A stretch of DNA of 64,000 bases from Octopus sinensis (taxonomy: Eukaryota): NCBI RefSeq assembly GCF_006345805.1, contig NC_042997.1, forward strand, positions 34,596,001-34,660,000, read 5' to 3'. Under the pieces are notes generated by a model, which was not told the DNA's origin, ran no database searches, and saw only the letters and a list, made by a program, of their open reading frames with translations. Both the position numbers and the translations under genes were made by a program. Below, in pieces: positions 11,989 to 25,126 of the stretch (the stretch's first letter is position 1; every line of letters begins with the position of its first letter).

Positions 11989-13025
11989 TTTTAACGCTTC
12001 AGCTAAGTAGTGTATATAAAATCTACGGCTTCTGTCAATTCCCCTATATAAATACCATTCTACTTCATATCTGCTCCGAATGCCAGTTGCTGTACTAAAA
12101 TTTTGCAATAAATACGTTTCGACTTGCGAGGTCATATGCATTGTAGTTGATGCATAGCTAAGGTGAGCGTCACCTGTCTTACTTCTGACAGGACTGTCAA
12201 TCACAATTAGGCTGTAACACCTCACTCACGGCTTTTGACGATGAGAATAGGGACACTTCATTCAGTGTGTGTTCAGATCAATTTAAGAAGCTTGTGTGAA
12301 ACCCTCCTACGATCTAATATTTTATGTAGTGAAATTACAGCAAAGGTGTCAACGTTAAGCGTGTGAACATGTATTCGTATTTCAGTATTCCATCAATACG
12401 TTTTTATTGTTGACCTAATAGATCGTAAGAAAACTGTTTTCTATTATTACAGGAATTGATTTGTTGTGTTTTTTTTTCAGTACAGGTATGGCGCCGATGG
12501 TTAAAATAGTAATTCAAAAGTAAAAATGCAGAAAGTGTTTATGCCCTAAGTTTTTAAAAACAATTATTCTCTCTGCTAAGGTTGTTCTGAGTGTACAATT
12601 TAGAAGCATGAGTAAAAATTTAGAACCAAGTGTAAAAAAAAATTTCATTGTATGTGCGTTTCTTGTTGATCAGGCATCAGAAAATCTTGAATAAAAGTGA
12701 TAGCACTAGACCACGAACATTAAAACCGCTATTTGAATCGTATGCAGCAAAATCTGGACCGAATATTTGCATAGATATTCATAATTCGTCAGTTCAGATG
12801 CAAAATATGCTGGTTGCTGTAGTATACGTCTAGGGAGCATAGATTGTCCCTTTTACGACGACAAACACAGCACTTCGTCGCACGGGATTCTGGGATACGT
12901 CATGTTGTGTCTCGTTTGCCAGAAGTAGCCGGACCCGGAGCCTAGACAGAGAAAGCGGACTTGGTTAAACTCTGGGTTCCGGGAACTTCTTTGTTTCCTC
13001 AGCGAACGAATTGTTTACTGAACGG

Positions 13026-13490
13026 TGGACTGTGGCCATGCTGGATCACCGCCTTTAAGAATTTTAATCAGACGAACCGATCCCAGTACTTTTTTAAAGA
13101 TATTTTCTATCAACCTCTTTTGCCGGCCTGTTAAATTACTAGGACATAAGCACACGAGCACCAGTTGTCAAGTGGTGATGATGGACAAACGCAGACACAG
13201 TGACACACGCACACGCATATTCACACCCATACAGAGATACAGACACTCATACACACACTCACTTACACTCATACTCAGACACACATACACATACAATCAC
13301 TCACACACACATACACACGCATATATATATATATACTTACATGTAAATTCAACGGGCATCTTTCCGTTACCTTCAACCAAATCCATACCAAATCCAATCT
13401 TACGTTGGCCCGTGGATAGAATATGCGTGGGACTGAACCCAAGACCATGTAACTAGAAAACAAACTTATTACCATATAATCACATGCGTA
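13026..13490 (-). mobile_element. tRNA-derived SINE, family B, old copy
   Basis: Diverged match to family B tail (GGCCATGCTGGATCACCGCC) and head (GGGACTGAACCC), with an internal (CA)n. Confidence 0.7.
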
Positions 13491-14119
13491 AGCATTTATT
13501 AAAGCATTTAATAAAGAGTTCGATTGTAGTATTCCTACCATGAACAGTAACATGATCCTTAAAAATATCTGAGTATCAACTATTACAGCAAGATAATACA
13601 ATAGATAAACATTATCTTAATTCATTTATTAAACAATTATGACTTTTGTTGCTTCTCTTTTGCTTAGCACAAGAACAATTCCAGTTGATAAAACCTAAAC
13701 AAAGTAGGTATAATTCATACGACTAATAGCAAATCTGAAAAGAGTTATCAGGTTTACCTTTTCTGTGTCGTAATTTCAAGTGATGTTTCATGTTATTTTT
13801 TCGTGCATAAAACCTACCCAGCATTGCAATAGATAAATCCTTGCTTTTGTTTTTAAACAAGTCAGTGTGATGTGAAATAGATTTATCTATTGTACGTAGA
13901 TCAACTGACGGCATATAGACCATAAGTTTGACACTTTTTCTATTAACAAATTAAATATATAAGCAAAAGCTATGCTGCTACTGCCCACAAACTGTTTGTT
14001 CTGAGGACCAGTTTCATGAGAGACAATTTTTCGACAGACTAGTTTGATTGCGCGCATAAGAAAACACAATCGAGTGCATAATATATGATTTAATTATTAT
14101 ACATATAACACTTATACAT

Positions 14120-14157
<38 letters not shown>

Positions 14158-14159
<2 letters not shown>

Positions 14160-14580
14160 CGCAGGAGTGGATGTGTGGTAAGTAGCTTGCTAACCAACCA
14201 CATGGTTCCGGGTTCAGTCCCACTGCGTGGCTCCTTGGACAAGTGTCTCCTGCTATAGCCCCGGGCCGACCAATGCCTTGTGAGTGGATTTGGTAGACGG
14301 AAACTGAAAGAAGCCTGTCGCATATATGTATATATATATAATATATGTATGTGTGTGTGTGTTTGTGTTGTCTGTGTTTGTCCCCCTAGCATTGCTTGAC
14401 AACCGATGCTGGTGTGTTTAGGTCCCCGTCACTTAGCGGTTCGGCAAAAGAGACCGATAGAATAAGTACTGGGCTTACAAAGAATAAGTCCCGGGGTCGA
14501 GTTGCTCGACTAAAGGCGGTGCTCCAGCATGGCCGCAGTCGAATGACTGAAGCAAGTAAAAGAGTAAAGAGTAAAAGAGT
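14158..14580 (+). mobile_element. tRNA-derived SINE, family B (full length)
   Basis: GGCGCAGGAGTGGATGTGTGGTAAG...GGTTCAGTCCC head, internal (TA)/(TG) tract, tail GGCGGTGCTCCAGCATGGCCGCAGTCGAATGACTG plus GTAAAAGA repeats. Confidence 0.92.
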
Positions 14581-14599
14581 ATATATATATATATATATA

Positions 14600-14771
14600 A
14601 ATTCTATAATTATGAGTATAATTATAATTAGGGTTCAGCAAAATTTGCAGCTGTCTGGGAGATATCTTATGGTAGTAAAATAGTAGTTTTAACTGCTATT
14701 TCTAAATTTCGGTATGTGGTGAAGCAAATTTTGCTGAACCCTAATTATAATTATTCTCATAATTATAGAAT
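14600..14771. repeat. Fold-back element next to (TA)n
   Basis: 14600-14648 is the inverted complement of 14724-14771. Confidence 0.85.
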
Positions 14772-14843
14772 TTCTGTATAAATTTACCATACCGAACTAC
14801 TTGGTAAAATTATTAATTATTAATTAATTAAATTATATATATA

Positions 14844-15240
14844 CTAGCAGTATCGCCCGGCGTTGCTCGGGTTTCTAAGGGAAATAACTATATAAGCATT
14901 TTTAGAGATGTAAAGTATAATAGCCATCTCAATACGGCTAACCACAAAGGGGTGGGTGGGTGTTACTGTAGCTTTTTACGTTCTGAGATTTAATAATAAA
15001 TTTTTAGAGAGTTACTTCCCTTATATATGCCAAAAATGCATTAAAAATGGGAAAAATTGATGGTAATTTTTTTTTAAAATCGTAGACTCATCATAGACGC
15101 GCGCTAATATCCAGAAGGGCTCGATATGAATCACGGCTATAAGATACCCGGTTTTGGTTAACTGCACCGCAAAATGTGGGAGTAGTTAGGAATCTAAATC
15201 GTAGGAGACAGACAGCACACAACCTCATTTTTATATATAA

Positions 15241-15243
<3 letters not shown>
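14844..15243 (-). mobile_element. Non-autonomous Helitron (400 bp)
   Basis: On the minus strand it begins TC (15243-15242) after A and ends CTAG (14847-14844) before T, with a subterminal GC hairpin CCCGAGCAACGCCGGG: the canonical Helitron termini. Confidence 0.8.
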
Positions 15244-15281
<38 letters not shown>

Positions 15282-15739
15282 ATATAACATGTATATTACA
15301 TGTACGATACATATAGAGTACGAAAATACTCTACGGGCTTCGATAGTCGATGAAATTTAAACAGAATTAAGAAAGTTTAATCTTTCTATGCGGACAGATG
15401 GTGGGAGACCCTTGCAATAAAGTACACAATATAGAAAAAAAGCAATTGTTTCTTGATCTACGCCTCTTATATTCCCTTACTTAATAAGCTGATTCAATCT
15501 TTACTTATCGAATGATAGAATGATAAGCGTCGTCGTCGTAATGAAGATATGTCTTAGTACATACTGTTGCAGGCTGGAATTGCTTTTTCAAAGAAGAAAC
15601 TCCTCCCTATTATATTTTGTACTTCAGGTTGCGGTCATAGATTAAAAAAAAAAAAGTATCAGTGATATAACGCATGAATAAAGTCGACTGCATGACCTTT
15701 AGATTGTCGAAGATAATCGATAGATTGATATAGATGAAG

Positions 15740-16057
15740 ACTCCGCCGCTTACGACGACGAGGGTCCCAGCTGATACGATCAGCGGAACAGCTTGCTCGT
15801 GAAATTAACGTGCAAATGGCTGAGCATTCCACAGACACGTGTACCCTTAACGTAGTTCTCGGGGATAATCAGCGTGACACAGAGAGTGACAAGGCTGACC
15901 CTTTGAAATACAAGTACAATTCATTTTTGCCAGCTGAGTGGACTGGAGCAACGTGAAATAAAGTGTCTTGCTCAAGGACACAACGCGTCGCCGGGAATCG
16001 AACTCACAACCTTACGATCATGAGCCGAATGCCCTAACCACTAAGCCACGCGCCCTC
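15740..16057 (-). mobile_element. tRNA-derived SINE, family D (family C tail with a different central domain)
   Basis: tRNA head, then GTGTCCTTGAGCAAGACACTTTATTTCAC...CCACTCAGCTGGCAAAAATGA, then the same 3' half as family C. Confidence 0.85.
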
Positions 16058-16462
16058 ACAAATTGATATAGATAAAAATAATGACACAAACACATTCACA
16101 ACAGTTGCGCGCGCAGACTCACACACAGACAAATAAACCTACAATTACACATAAACGCATATACTAACACATATGGGTTACCAGGTAGTGATTTGTTTTC
16201 GTTAGATGCAGGTGTGCATGTGTGTGTTTATGTATATATATATATATACATAAACACACACACAAAGACAGACACACACACACACACACATATATATGTA
16301 TATATATATGTATATATATATATTATATATATATTATATATATATATATATGCATATGTACATATACGTTTGATACACTGATATGTGTATGAATAATTAT
16401 ATATATATATATATATAATATATATATATATATGCGTGTGTGTGTATAAATACACGTATACA

Positions 16463-16776
16463 CACGGTCGTAGGGTCGCGGGTTCGATTCCTAGACTGGG
16501 CGTTGAGAGTGTTTGTCGAGCTAAAACATAAAACTCCAGGATGCTCCGGCAGTTGATGGTGGCGAACCCTGATGTACTCTATCCCCACAGCTTCTCTTAT
16601 TCTTTCTTCCTGTTTCTGTTTTACCTCTCTGTCACGCTGAATCTCCCCGAGAAATATGTTAAGGGTACACGTGTCTGTGGAATACTCACCCACTTACACG
16701 TTTATTTCCCGAGGAGGTTGTCCCGTTCATCGGATCAACTGAAACTCTCGTCGTCGTCGTAACCGACGGAGTGCCA
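16463..16776 (+). mobile_element. tRNA-derived SINE, family C, 5'-truncated older copy
   Basis: GGGTTCGATTCCTAGACTGGGCG...GTCGTCGTAACCGACGGAGTGCCA matches 37451-37831. Confidence 0.85.
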
Positions 16777-16899
16777 TGATGATACAAATATACACAACCA
16801 TTCATGCACAGTTAATCAAAAGAAATAACAAAATATCTGATAGAAATAGTATAGACGTGTACTGGGAAACGATTTTCTTCATAATAGTTCAAGAAAGGA

Positions 16900-17034
16900 T
16901 ATATATATATATATATAAATCTATATATATATTATATAGTTATATATATATATATATATTATATATAATATATATATATATAATAATATATATATATAAT
17001 ATATATAACTATATATATATATATATCTATATAG

Positions 17035-17066
<32 letters not shown>

Positions 17067-17114
17067 ATATATATATATATATATTATATATATATATATA
17101 TATAATATATATAG

Positions 17115-17175
<61 letters not shown>

Positions 17176-17542
17176 ACAGATAAATTCCTCTATTTGCATA
17201 ATATCGAGGTCTCTTATTTCTTGTGTGGTCTTACCATTTTTATCAATTAATATTACATATATATATGTATATAATATAATATATATATATATATATATAT
17301 TTGTAACAGATAAATTCCTCTATTTACATAATATCGAGGTCTCTTTAGTTCTTTTGTTGTCTTACCATTTTTATCAATTATATATATATATATTATATAT
17401 ATATATGATATATATATATATACTATTATATGTATATATATATATGTATAATATAATATATATATATATATATAGATATGCATATATATATACACACACA
17501 CACATATATATACATCTATATATATATGTATAATATATATAT

Positions 17543-17573
<31 letters not shown>

Positions 17574-17580
17574 GCATATA
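16900..17580. repeat. Long (TA)-rich tract containing a duplicated unique unit of about 77 bp (17173-17249 and 17303-17380)
   Basis: GTAACAGATAAATTCCTCTATTT.CATAATATCGAGGTCTC...CTTACCATTTTTATCAATTA occurs twice. Confidence 0.9.
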
Positions 17581-18149
17581 TATGCGTGTCTGTGTGTATG
17601 TATATATTTCACACTGGTAATTTAGGATTCATATACAAAACGGTCAAAGGAAATCAATCACCAAACAGTGGATCTGATGGAACCCATTGCATGACTAATT
17701 TATTTATCCACACGGGAAATATGAAAGTAAAAAATCGTCTTTGACAGAAGATTGAGTCAAGTTCGTGGTTTTATTTCAGCTGAATATGTAATTTGGCCTC
17801 TGTCATATTTTAGAATGAAATGTCTATCTTGCTGCACCCCTTTTCAAGGTTATCATAAATACGGATAGAATCTTACTCACTGAAAAATCGTGATTTAAAA
17901 TTTTCTTTGTTTGTTTGTTTCTTTCTTTTTTCCCTTCCTTCCTTCCCTCCTTCCTTCCTTCGTTCTTTCCTTCTTCCTTCCCTTCTTCTTCATTTGTTTC
18001 TTTGCTTCCTTCTTTCTCGTTTTGTGTGTGTGTATGTCATTATTCAGTTTGTTTCAAGCTTTCTTGCCAATAGAGAAAGAACCGGTTTCTAACCTAGATC
18101 CAAGGCTCCTTCATTAGAATTTCAACATCACCAGCAGGATATTTTTGCT

Positions 18150-18570
18150 TGAATGTATGTATGTGTATGTGTATGTATGTATGTATGTGCAGATTTGTAT
18201 GTTTTATGTATGTATCCCTGTATGTATGTATGTATGTATGTATGTATGTATGCATGTAAGTATGTATGTATGCATGTGTGTATGCATGTATGTATGTATG
18301 TATGTGCAGATTTGTATGCTTTATGCACGTATTCTCGTGCATATCGCTGCATATCTAGACATGTTCATATATATTTAAATTATAAACTTCTGGAAAGTTT
18401 TACAGATTCTTACAGTTCCAGTGATGGAAAGAATATGTAGTCTTCGAATTAGCTCTCTTTTAGAGAAATCTAATTTCTCAAGATTGGTAATTAGGCAGTG
18501 TGTAATTAGGCCCCAATAATTAGAGGTATAAACCTGAACTTGTATGTAAGTATGTATGTATGTATGTATG

Positions 18571-18601
<31 letters not shown>

Positions 18602-18670
18602 GTATGTATGTATGTATGTATGTATGTATGTATGTATGTGTGTATGTATGTATGTATGTATGTATCTATC
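18150..18670. repeat. (TATG)n microsatellites (18150-18310 and 18541-18670)
   Basis: Directly visible. Confidence 0.9.
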
Positions 18671-18771
18671 TATCTGTACGTTTACATCTAATACATATAT
18701 ATATTTCTTCTTATATTTTTTCTTTTATTTGTTTCAGTCATTTGAAACAAATTTATATATATATATATATA

Positions 18772-18948
18772 TATAATTTAGGGTATCTAAGAGATACCAC
18801 CTCACTTGAAATAGCAGCCAAAAGTTGACTCTCAAACCACATTAAAAGTTCTCTCCTGGTGCTGTATGAACTTTTGATGTGGTTTCACAGTCAAGTTTTG
18901 GCTACTATTTCAAGCGTGGTGGTATCTCTTAGATACCCAAAATTATAA
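18772..18948. repeat. Fold-back/MITE-like element next to (TA)n
   Basis: Arms of about 80 bp at 18772-18851 and 18868-18948. Confidence 0.85.
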
Positions 18949-19196
18949 TTTTTATAATAATTATTACCTTTGAAGGTTTTTATTCCCATGCTGGCCACTT
19001 GATAAGTTCGATATTTAAATAACGATCTCATCTTTATTTATATAAATTTATATATATATTAGTACCTAAATGCGAATATATGTATCTATCTCTTTCTCTG
19101 TCTGTCTGTCTGTCTGTCTTTGTCTCTGTCTCTCTCTCTTTCTCTAAATATATATAAATATATACAGATACATACACACACACGCACACATGTATA

Positions 19197-19425
19197 TATT
19201 TCTTTACTGCCCACAAGGGGCTAAACATAGAGGGGACAAACAAGAACAGACAAAGGGATTGAGTCGATTACATCGACCCCAGTGCGAAACTGGTACTTTA
19301 TTTATCGACCTAGAAAGGATGAAAGGCAAAGTCGACCTCGGCGGAATTTGAACTCAGGACGTAATGGCAGACGAAATACCGCTAAGCATTTCGCCCGGCG
19401 TGCTAACGTTTCTGCCAGCTTGCCG
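19197..19425 (-). mobile_element. tRNA-derived SINE, family A
   Basis: Near-identical to 1343-1575. Confidence 0.9.
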
Positions 19426-19719
19426 AATGAAGGAAAAATAGATAGATAGAGATAGATAGATAAGGAGAGAGAGGAAGAGTAGTCTGATGGAAAAATGCGG
19501 ACTCAGTACCTAATAGTAGCAAATGATAACTTTATTTTGATCAGTGTCCCAATAATCTGAATTTTCGCATGAGACTTCAGAAGACTGTGTATATAGCCTT
19601 ATGACCATGTGAAGATATGTTGGTGAACAAGCAGAAGAATTTCCAGAGTACTAAAGAGCATACACGTCCAGCGCGCGCACATGCACACACAAACACACAC
19701 ACACTCATACACACGCGCC

Positions 19720-19756
<37 letters not shown>

Positions 19757-20090
19757 ATACACACACAATTCCATCTACATATTCGGTCAAATGCTACGCG
19801 GCATAATTAGCAAGGAGTAAATCATACTGAAGCATATTTAATGCATGTGGAATATTCTTAAGCCTATTCTGTTATTGCTAAATAATACTATTAAAGTTTT
19901 GAAAATTTAAGCACGTTACACTTCACCATTTGCAGCCGCACATATCAATACTTTATAAGCTCTCTGCTCCAGGTGAAAGTGTGGTAGTGTCATGACTTAC
20001 TAATAATACAACGTATTGAAATGTTGCAGGCGTAAAATGTTTTTGCCACGATATGACTATTCTACGTGACATGATTGCCGAACAGTTTCA

Positions 20091-20123
<33 letters not shown>

Positions 20124-20135
20124 GCATATATCGTT

Positions 20136-20354
20136 TATCTTTCACTTGTTTCAGTCATTTTTTACTGTGACCATGCTGGAGTACCGCCTTTTAATTGAAG
20201 AAATCGACCCTTGGGCTTACACTTTGTAAGCCTGATACTTATTCTATCGATAACTTTAGCTGAACCGCTAAGCGATGCTGGTGGGACAGAAACAAACACA
20301 CAAATATATACATACATACATACACACACACATATATATACACACTTCTATCTT

Positions 20355-20411
<57 letters not shown>

Positions 20412-20423
20412 TATATATATATA

Positions 20424-20467
<44 letters not shown>

Positions 20468-20631
20468 ACGACAAGCTTCTTTCAGTTTCCGCCTGCCAAA
20501 TCCACTCACAAGTGTTTGTTCGATCCGATGCTATAGTAGAAAACACTTTCCCCAAGATGTCATGCAGTGGAACAGAACCCGGAACCATGTGATTCGAAAG
20601 CAATTTTCTTACCACCAGCCAAGCCTGCGCC
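20136..20631 (-). mobile_element. tRNA-derived SINE, family B with expanded internal (CT)/(TA) microsatellite
   Basis: Family B tail at 20136-20200 and head at 20560-20631. Confidence 0.85.
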
Positions 20632-20699
20632 TATGTGTGTGTGTGTGTCTAAGTCAAGATATATATAGCTATTGTATATATATATATATATATCTGCTG

Positions 20700-21700
20700 T
20701 TCTTTGACTATCGATTTCATGCAGTTTTGAAGATTATATTCCTTTTCCTTTGATTCAAGTAAAACTATAGATGCAATCGGTTGATTTTTCGATCTATCCT
20801 TTGAAATTTTGTTTACAGTTGTCTTTCTGTTACGAAGGAGCCTGTATTTAGTTTTGCTCATTGCCCCCAATGGAGTGTGATGTATCCGCAAAAGATTGTC
20901 AGGATGTATTGATGCTGCTTGGGGTGAGAGAGTGAGAGAAAAACCAATAAACAAGTGTAAGATCGTGGGTGATGGCTTTCCAGTTGGCATTGTGTAAATC
21001 AAAATGCAGCGAGATAGTTCCGCCTCACTTAAGGTTGCCGAAATCTAAAACTACAGCGAACCACATCATGGTGGGAAAGGAGAATCTTTTGCCACTGTAA
21101 TATTACGGATAGTGTTAGTGTTGTAATGACTAAACACTAAGTCCAATGTGCTTTGGTTGAATCATGTTAGTTCAAACCCGGGTTGGGACAGATAAAAATT
21201 TAATCATGAATTCGAGAAGTGATCCATTGCTGTTCTCTCTGGGGTTGAAATGCACACACCTGTCCTCAAGGTACGAGTAGACCAGTCAACCCGGGTGAAA
21301 TTAAAGTCACTCATTATTAAAACGTTATCAGATTGTCACTGCTGAATGAACGACTTTATATTTCTGAGGTAATTTTTGAAACACAGTTTTGGGTAGCCTG
21401 TTAGAGCCCGATTATTGCTAAATCGTTTTTCTTTTTCGCAATTCCCACAGGAGAATGTGACATTCGTATCTGCAGTAAAAGAGTCGTTCAAGAAAATAGC
21501 AACTCCCCACTTGCTTCTAGTGCGGTCTTCGCGAATGGTGGTATGATTCCTCACGTTTTCTTCAGCTTCCAAGTGAGCGTTGTTTTGGTGAGTCCCAGGA
21601 AGAACGAAGAAAGGAATATGATGAGGATGGTCGGTAATATAATCATGAATGAACTGAACTTTTCGAATTGAAGCATGGAGTGCTGCCTTGAGCATTCGAT
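20700..21700 (-). mobile_element. CR1-like LINE ORF2 endonuclease and linker relic
   Basis: KVQFIHD...PGTHQ...HLEAE...IREDRT..WGVAIFLND (APE N-terminus), and a linker KYRLLRNRKTTVNKIS...LLESKE; many stops. Confidence 0.6.
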
Positions 21701-22748
21701 AAAAATATTAAGATTGGAGTAGTGCTCGAAAGAGACTTATGGACTTATTGCAAACGAGGAGAGTAGTTTCTTCACTGGGGTAGTAACAGGGGAGAATTTG
21801 GGAGCTGAATTTGTGGTTATACTAACAGTTTTCTCGGTTGTTTGATTTGTCGGTGTCCCTGTTGAGTGCTCTTCAGTTTCCCGAGTTGGGGTGGGAATTC
21901 TTCAGGGGATGTTGATTTTCTTTTGCTTTTGCTTTTGTCCTCACTGGATGCTTTCCTGTTACTTGAGTTATGGGAAAAGTATATGCTGCTACTGCAATAA
22001 TAGGTTATGCTTTTATGGATATTTTGGAGATGGGTGCAAGAGTTACTTTAGACGGCAAGCCGAGTCCCGGGAAGATCCCTGAACATGCAATCGTACTGTT
22101 GATATAATACCCAGAGTTAGGAATAGTGGCAGATTTTGTTGTTAGTGCTATTGTAGCAGGGGTTGCTTTATTTATTGGGCGTCTTGTCCCTGGTAGAAGA
22201 GTGTAATTTCAGTCTTGGGATGTGTATAACCACGTGGGTAAAGCAATGGCAGCATATTTTTGGATTTCGTTGTAGACATGTAGATGTTTTAAGGGGCAGT
22301 GGATTGTATATAGTTTTAGGTTTAGATTTTTTTGACTTCGATGAGATTGAAGCAGTGGAGGTTGGATGGGGACGGAAAGGTAGTGTGGTTGAGGTATATC
22401 AAATCCTGCTTTTATAAGAACAATTAAATACAAAGAAACAGGAAAAAAGAGAGATAAGAGAGGAAAAAAAGAAAAGGAAAAAGTGTGTGTGGGGATAAGT
22501 TAGAGGAAGATGGAGGGAGAGGGGGCGACAGACCACACATCCCAAGACAGACGGTGTGCTTGTTGGGGTTGAAAACGGGCGGGGGTAGTAGTATTAATAG
22601 TGATAGTGGAATTTAGTAGTGTTGACGTTGAGGTAGTAATGGTGTGGTAAGGAAGAAAAAAGGAACGGTTGGCATTGGTCAAAGGCAGAGGTAGAGGGGA
22701 GTGGCTGAGGTAATACACTCACAAAAACTAATTGTAGAAGAAGCGGCG

Positions 22749-22786
<38 letters not shown>

Positions 22787-22799
22787 TACAGCGGCCCCA

Positions 22800-23640
22800 T
22801 ACCCATTCAGTTTTTGTGACAATCTGCTCATTTACTCATTTGCCCAACTGGGATGAAAAAACTACCTGTGTAAAAAAAGACACCAAAACCGGAAGTAATT
22901 TTACATTGATAAACAAAGTTTCTAGTCTTAGAATTACTGCTAAGGACATGTATGCGATTGGAATTTATATGAAAAACACTAATATAGTAGTCTTTATTGT
23001 TCAAAGAATGGTTGGTGTTAATAATATCAATGTTATTATTTTCATTAAGTGAGTTGGTATTTAACAACTTATTGTTATGTGAAGAGATTATTTGTAAAAA
23101 GATTTTTGGTGTTTGAAAACCCTATTCTGATTCGGTGTGAATCGATAATAGAATGGTATCTTAAATCTTTTGAGAAATTCTTATCTATAGCTTCACGGAA
23201 CTGGTAAGGGAGGTTGGATTTGATCTGCTTACCATGTGGAATTATCAACCAAACAGTTTTACTAGGACATACCTTGTTATTAGGGTAATTATCTTTAAAA
23301 GTCCTAGATGTACTTTTATAATAAAAAAAGGAGGCTTAAATAACGGTTATCTCCCTTACGGTGCAAAACCTAATTTTTCGATGTAGTGTTGTTATTCGAA
23401 CTAAAATTTATATTGCTTTTACCATTATGCCGTGATTTCATGTCCTGATAAATAGAGGTAGAATTAATGTCAATAGGGTTAATATACATAATATTTTCTT
23501 TACAGCCTGCTTTAAGTAAAGCAGATTTATAAAATGTGGCTTTTTCATTGAAGATAACAATATTGGCAGATAATCTAGAAAGTCTACGTAAAATATTTCT
23601 AAATTCCCTGTAGTAGCCTTTGTATGATGTCTAACAACCT
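22800..23640 (-). mobile_element. Penelope-like element fragment (RT thumb, linker and start of GIY-YIG)
   Basis: KTVWLIIPH...IDKNFSKDLRYHSII..HRIRIGFSNTKNL...HNNKLLN, then NFVYQCKIT...FYTGS. Confidence 0.65.
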
Positions 23641-23682
23641 TTCAGTCTGTCGTCAAAATTATCAAAATTCGTCAGTATATCG

Positions 23683-23715
<33 letters not shown>

Positions 23716-23914
23716 TGTGTGTGTTTGAGAGAGCCATATGGACAATAATATTCCGAACGTACAGTCATACATATACATACTGACTACCATACATGCTGAT
23801 ATATATGACACAACATATATTTATATATAGTTGAATTTTATAGGAGAACAGAAGACGAAAACAAGTGTATGCACAACAAGCAAGTGTGTTAGTTTGACGA
23901 TCGGGAAAATGAGA

Positions 23915-23955
23915 AAGTCTTTTACGTTTCGAGCCTGCGCTCTTCAGTAGAAAGG
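23915..23955 (-). ncRNA. Minimal hammerhead-like motif, stem I poor
   Basis: Reverse complement CTGAAGA-GCGCAGGCTC-GAAACGTA has an intact core and palindromic ACGT stem III, but weak stems I and II. Confidence 0.35.
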
Positions 23956-24137
23956 TACAAGAGAAAATAAACAGAGTGAGAATGAAAAACCTGAGAAACC
24001 TGTTCTTTGGACTTGCATATCTGAACCACTTTCCGAACTTTCAGCACCTCTCCTCATTCATATACTAGCACTCTATCCGGATAACCACTGGATCTATTGA
24101 TTCTGCCTTTACGGATTTCAATGGAGATTTTCGTTCG

Positions 24138-24169
<32 letters not shown>

Positions 24170-24174
24170 ATATA

Positions 24175-24260
24175 TTATAGAAGGAGCTTCTACATACTAG
24201 AACTGTTTTTTTTTTTTTTTTAATGAAACAGTTCTAGTCATGTAGAAGCTCCTTCTATAA
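24175..24260. repeat. Hairpin element embedded in (TA)n
   Basis: TTATAGAAGGAGCTTCTACAT-ACTAGAACTGTTT pairs with AAACAGTTCTAGTCATGTAGAAGCTCCTTCTATAA around a T-rich loop. Confidence 0.85.
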
Positions 24261-24332
24261 AATAAATTAATTTACTCTGCTATGTATTGAGTACCTTATT
24301 AACTGTGGTTAACCAAGACTCAGCCCGGGACC

Positions 24333-24373
<41 letters not shown>

Positions 24374-24377
24374 GTAT

Positions 24378-24463
<86 letters not shown>

Positions 24464-24660
24464 GTGTGTGTCTGTGTGTATATGTGCGTGTGTGTAAATA
24501 AAAGCGCGAAACTGAGTATTACCAATTGGTGGATAGCTGATGACGATTACGGACATTTTGCTTGCATCCCTTTCGTTTGTGCATTCAGTATACGTCATTT
24601 CATTCGTTTTTTTTACCATATATTTTTCATTTACACCCACACACACACACATGTATATAT

Positions 24661-24802
24661 CGCCGCAGAAGTAGCTGTGCGATGGTTCCTGGTGTATAGC
24701 ACCTTGTTCAAGTGTTTTCTACTATAGACTCGGACCGACAAAGTCTTGTGAGTGGATTTGGTAGACGGAAACTAAAAAGAATCCCGTCTCATATGTATGT
24801 AT

Positions 24803-24857
<55 letters not shown>

Positions 24858-25060
24858 GTGTGTGTGTGTTTGTCCCCCACCATCGCTTGACAACTGATGT
24901 TGGTGTGTTTACCTCCTTGCAAAATAGCGGTTCGGCAAAAGAACTGATAGAATAAGTACTAAGCTTACAAAGAAAAGTCCTGGGGTCGATTTGTTCGACT
25001 AAAGGCGGTGCTCCAGCATGGCAGCAGTCAAATGACTGAAACAAGTAAGAGAATAAAAGA
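24661..25060 (+). mobile_element. tRNA-derived SINE, family B, head partly deleted
   Basis: Body and tail match 14158-14580. Confidence 0.85.
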
Positions 25061-25126
25061 AAGCATGCACTCACACGCACACGCGCACACACACACATAT
25101 ATATATATATAGATAGATAGATAGGA

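Noticed and set aside
12470-12495. Possible micro-exon (TTTTTCAG-TACAG-GTATGG)
   Set aside because: Splice-like words alone are not enough without neighbouring exons or expression data.
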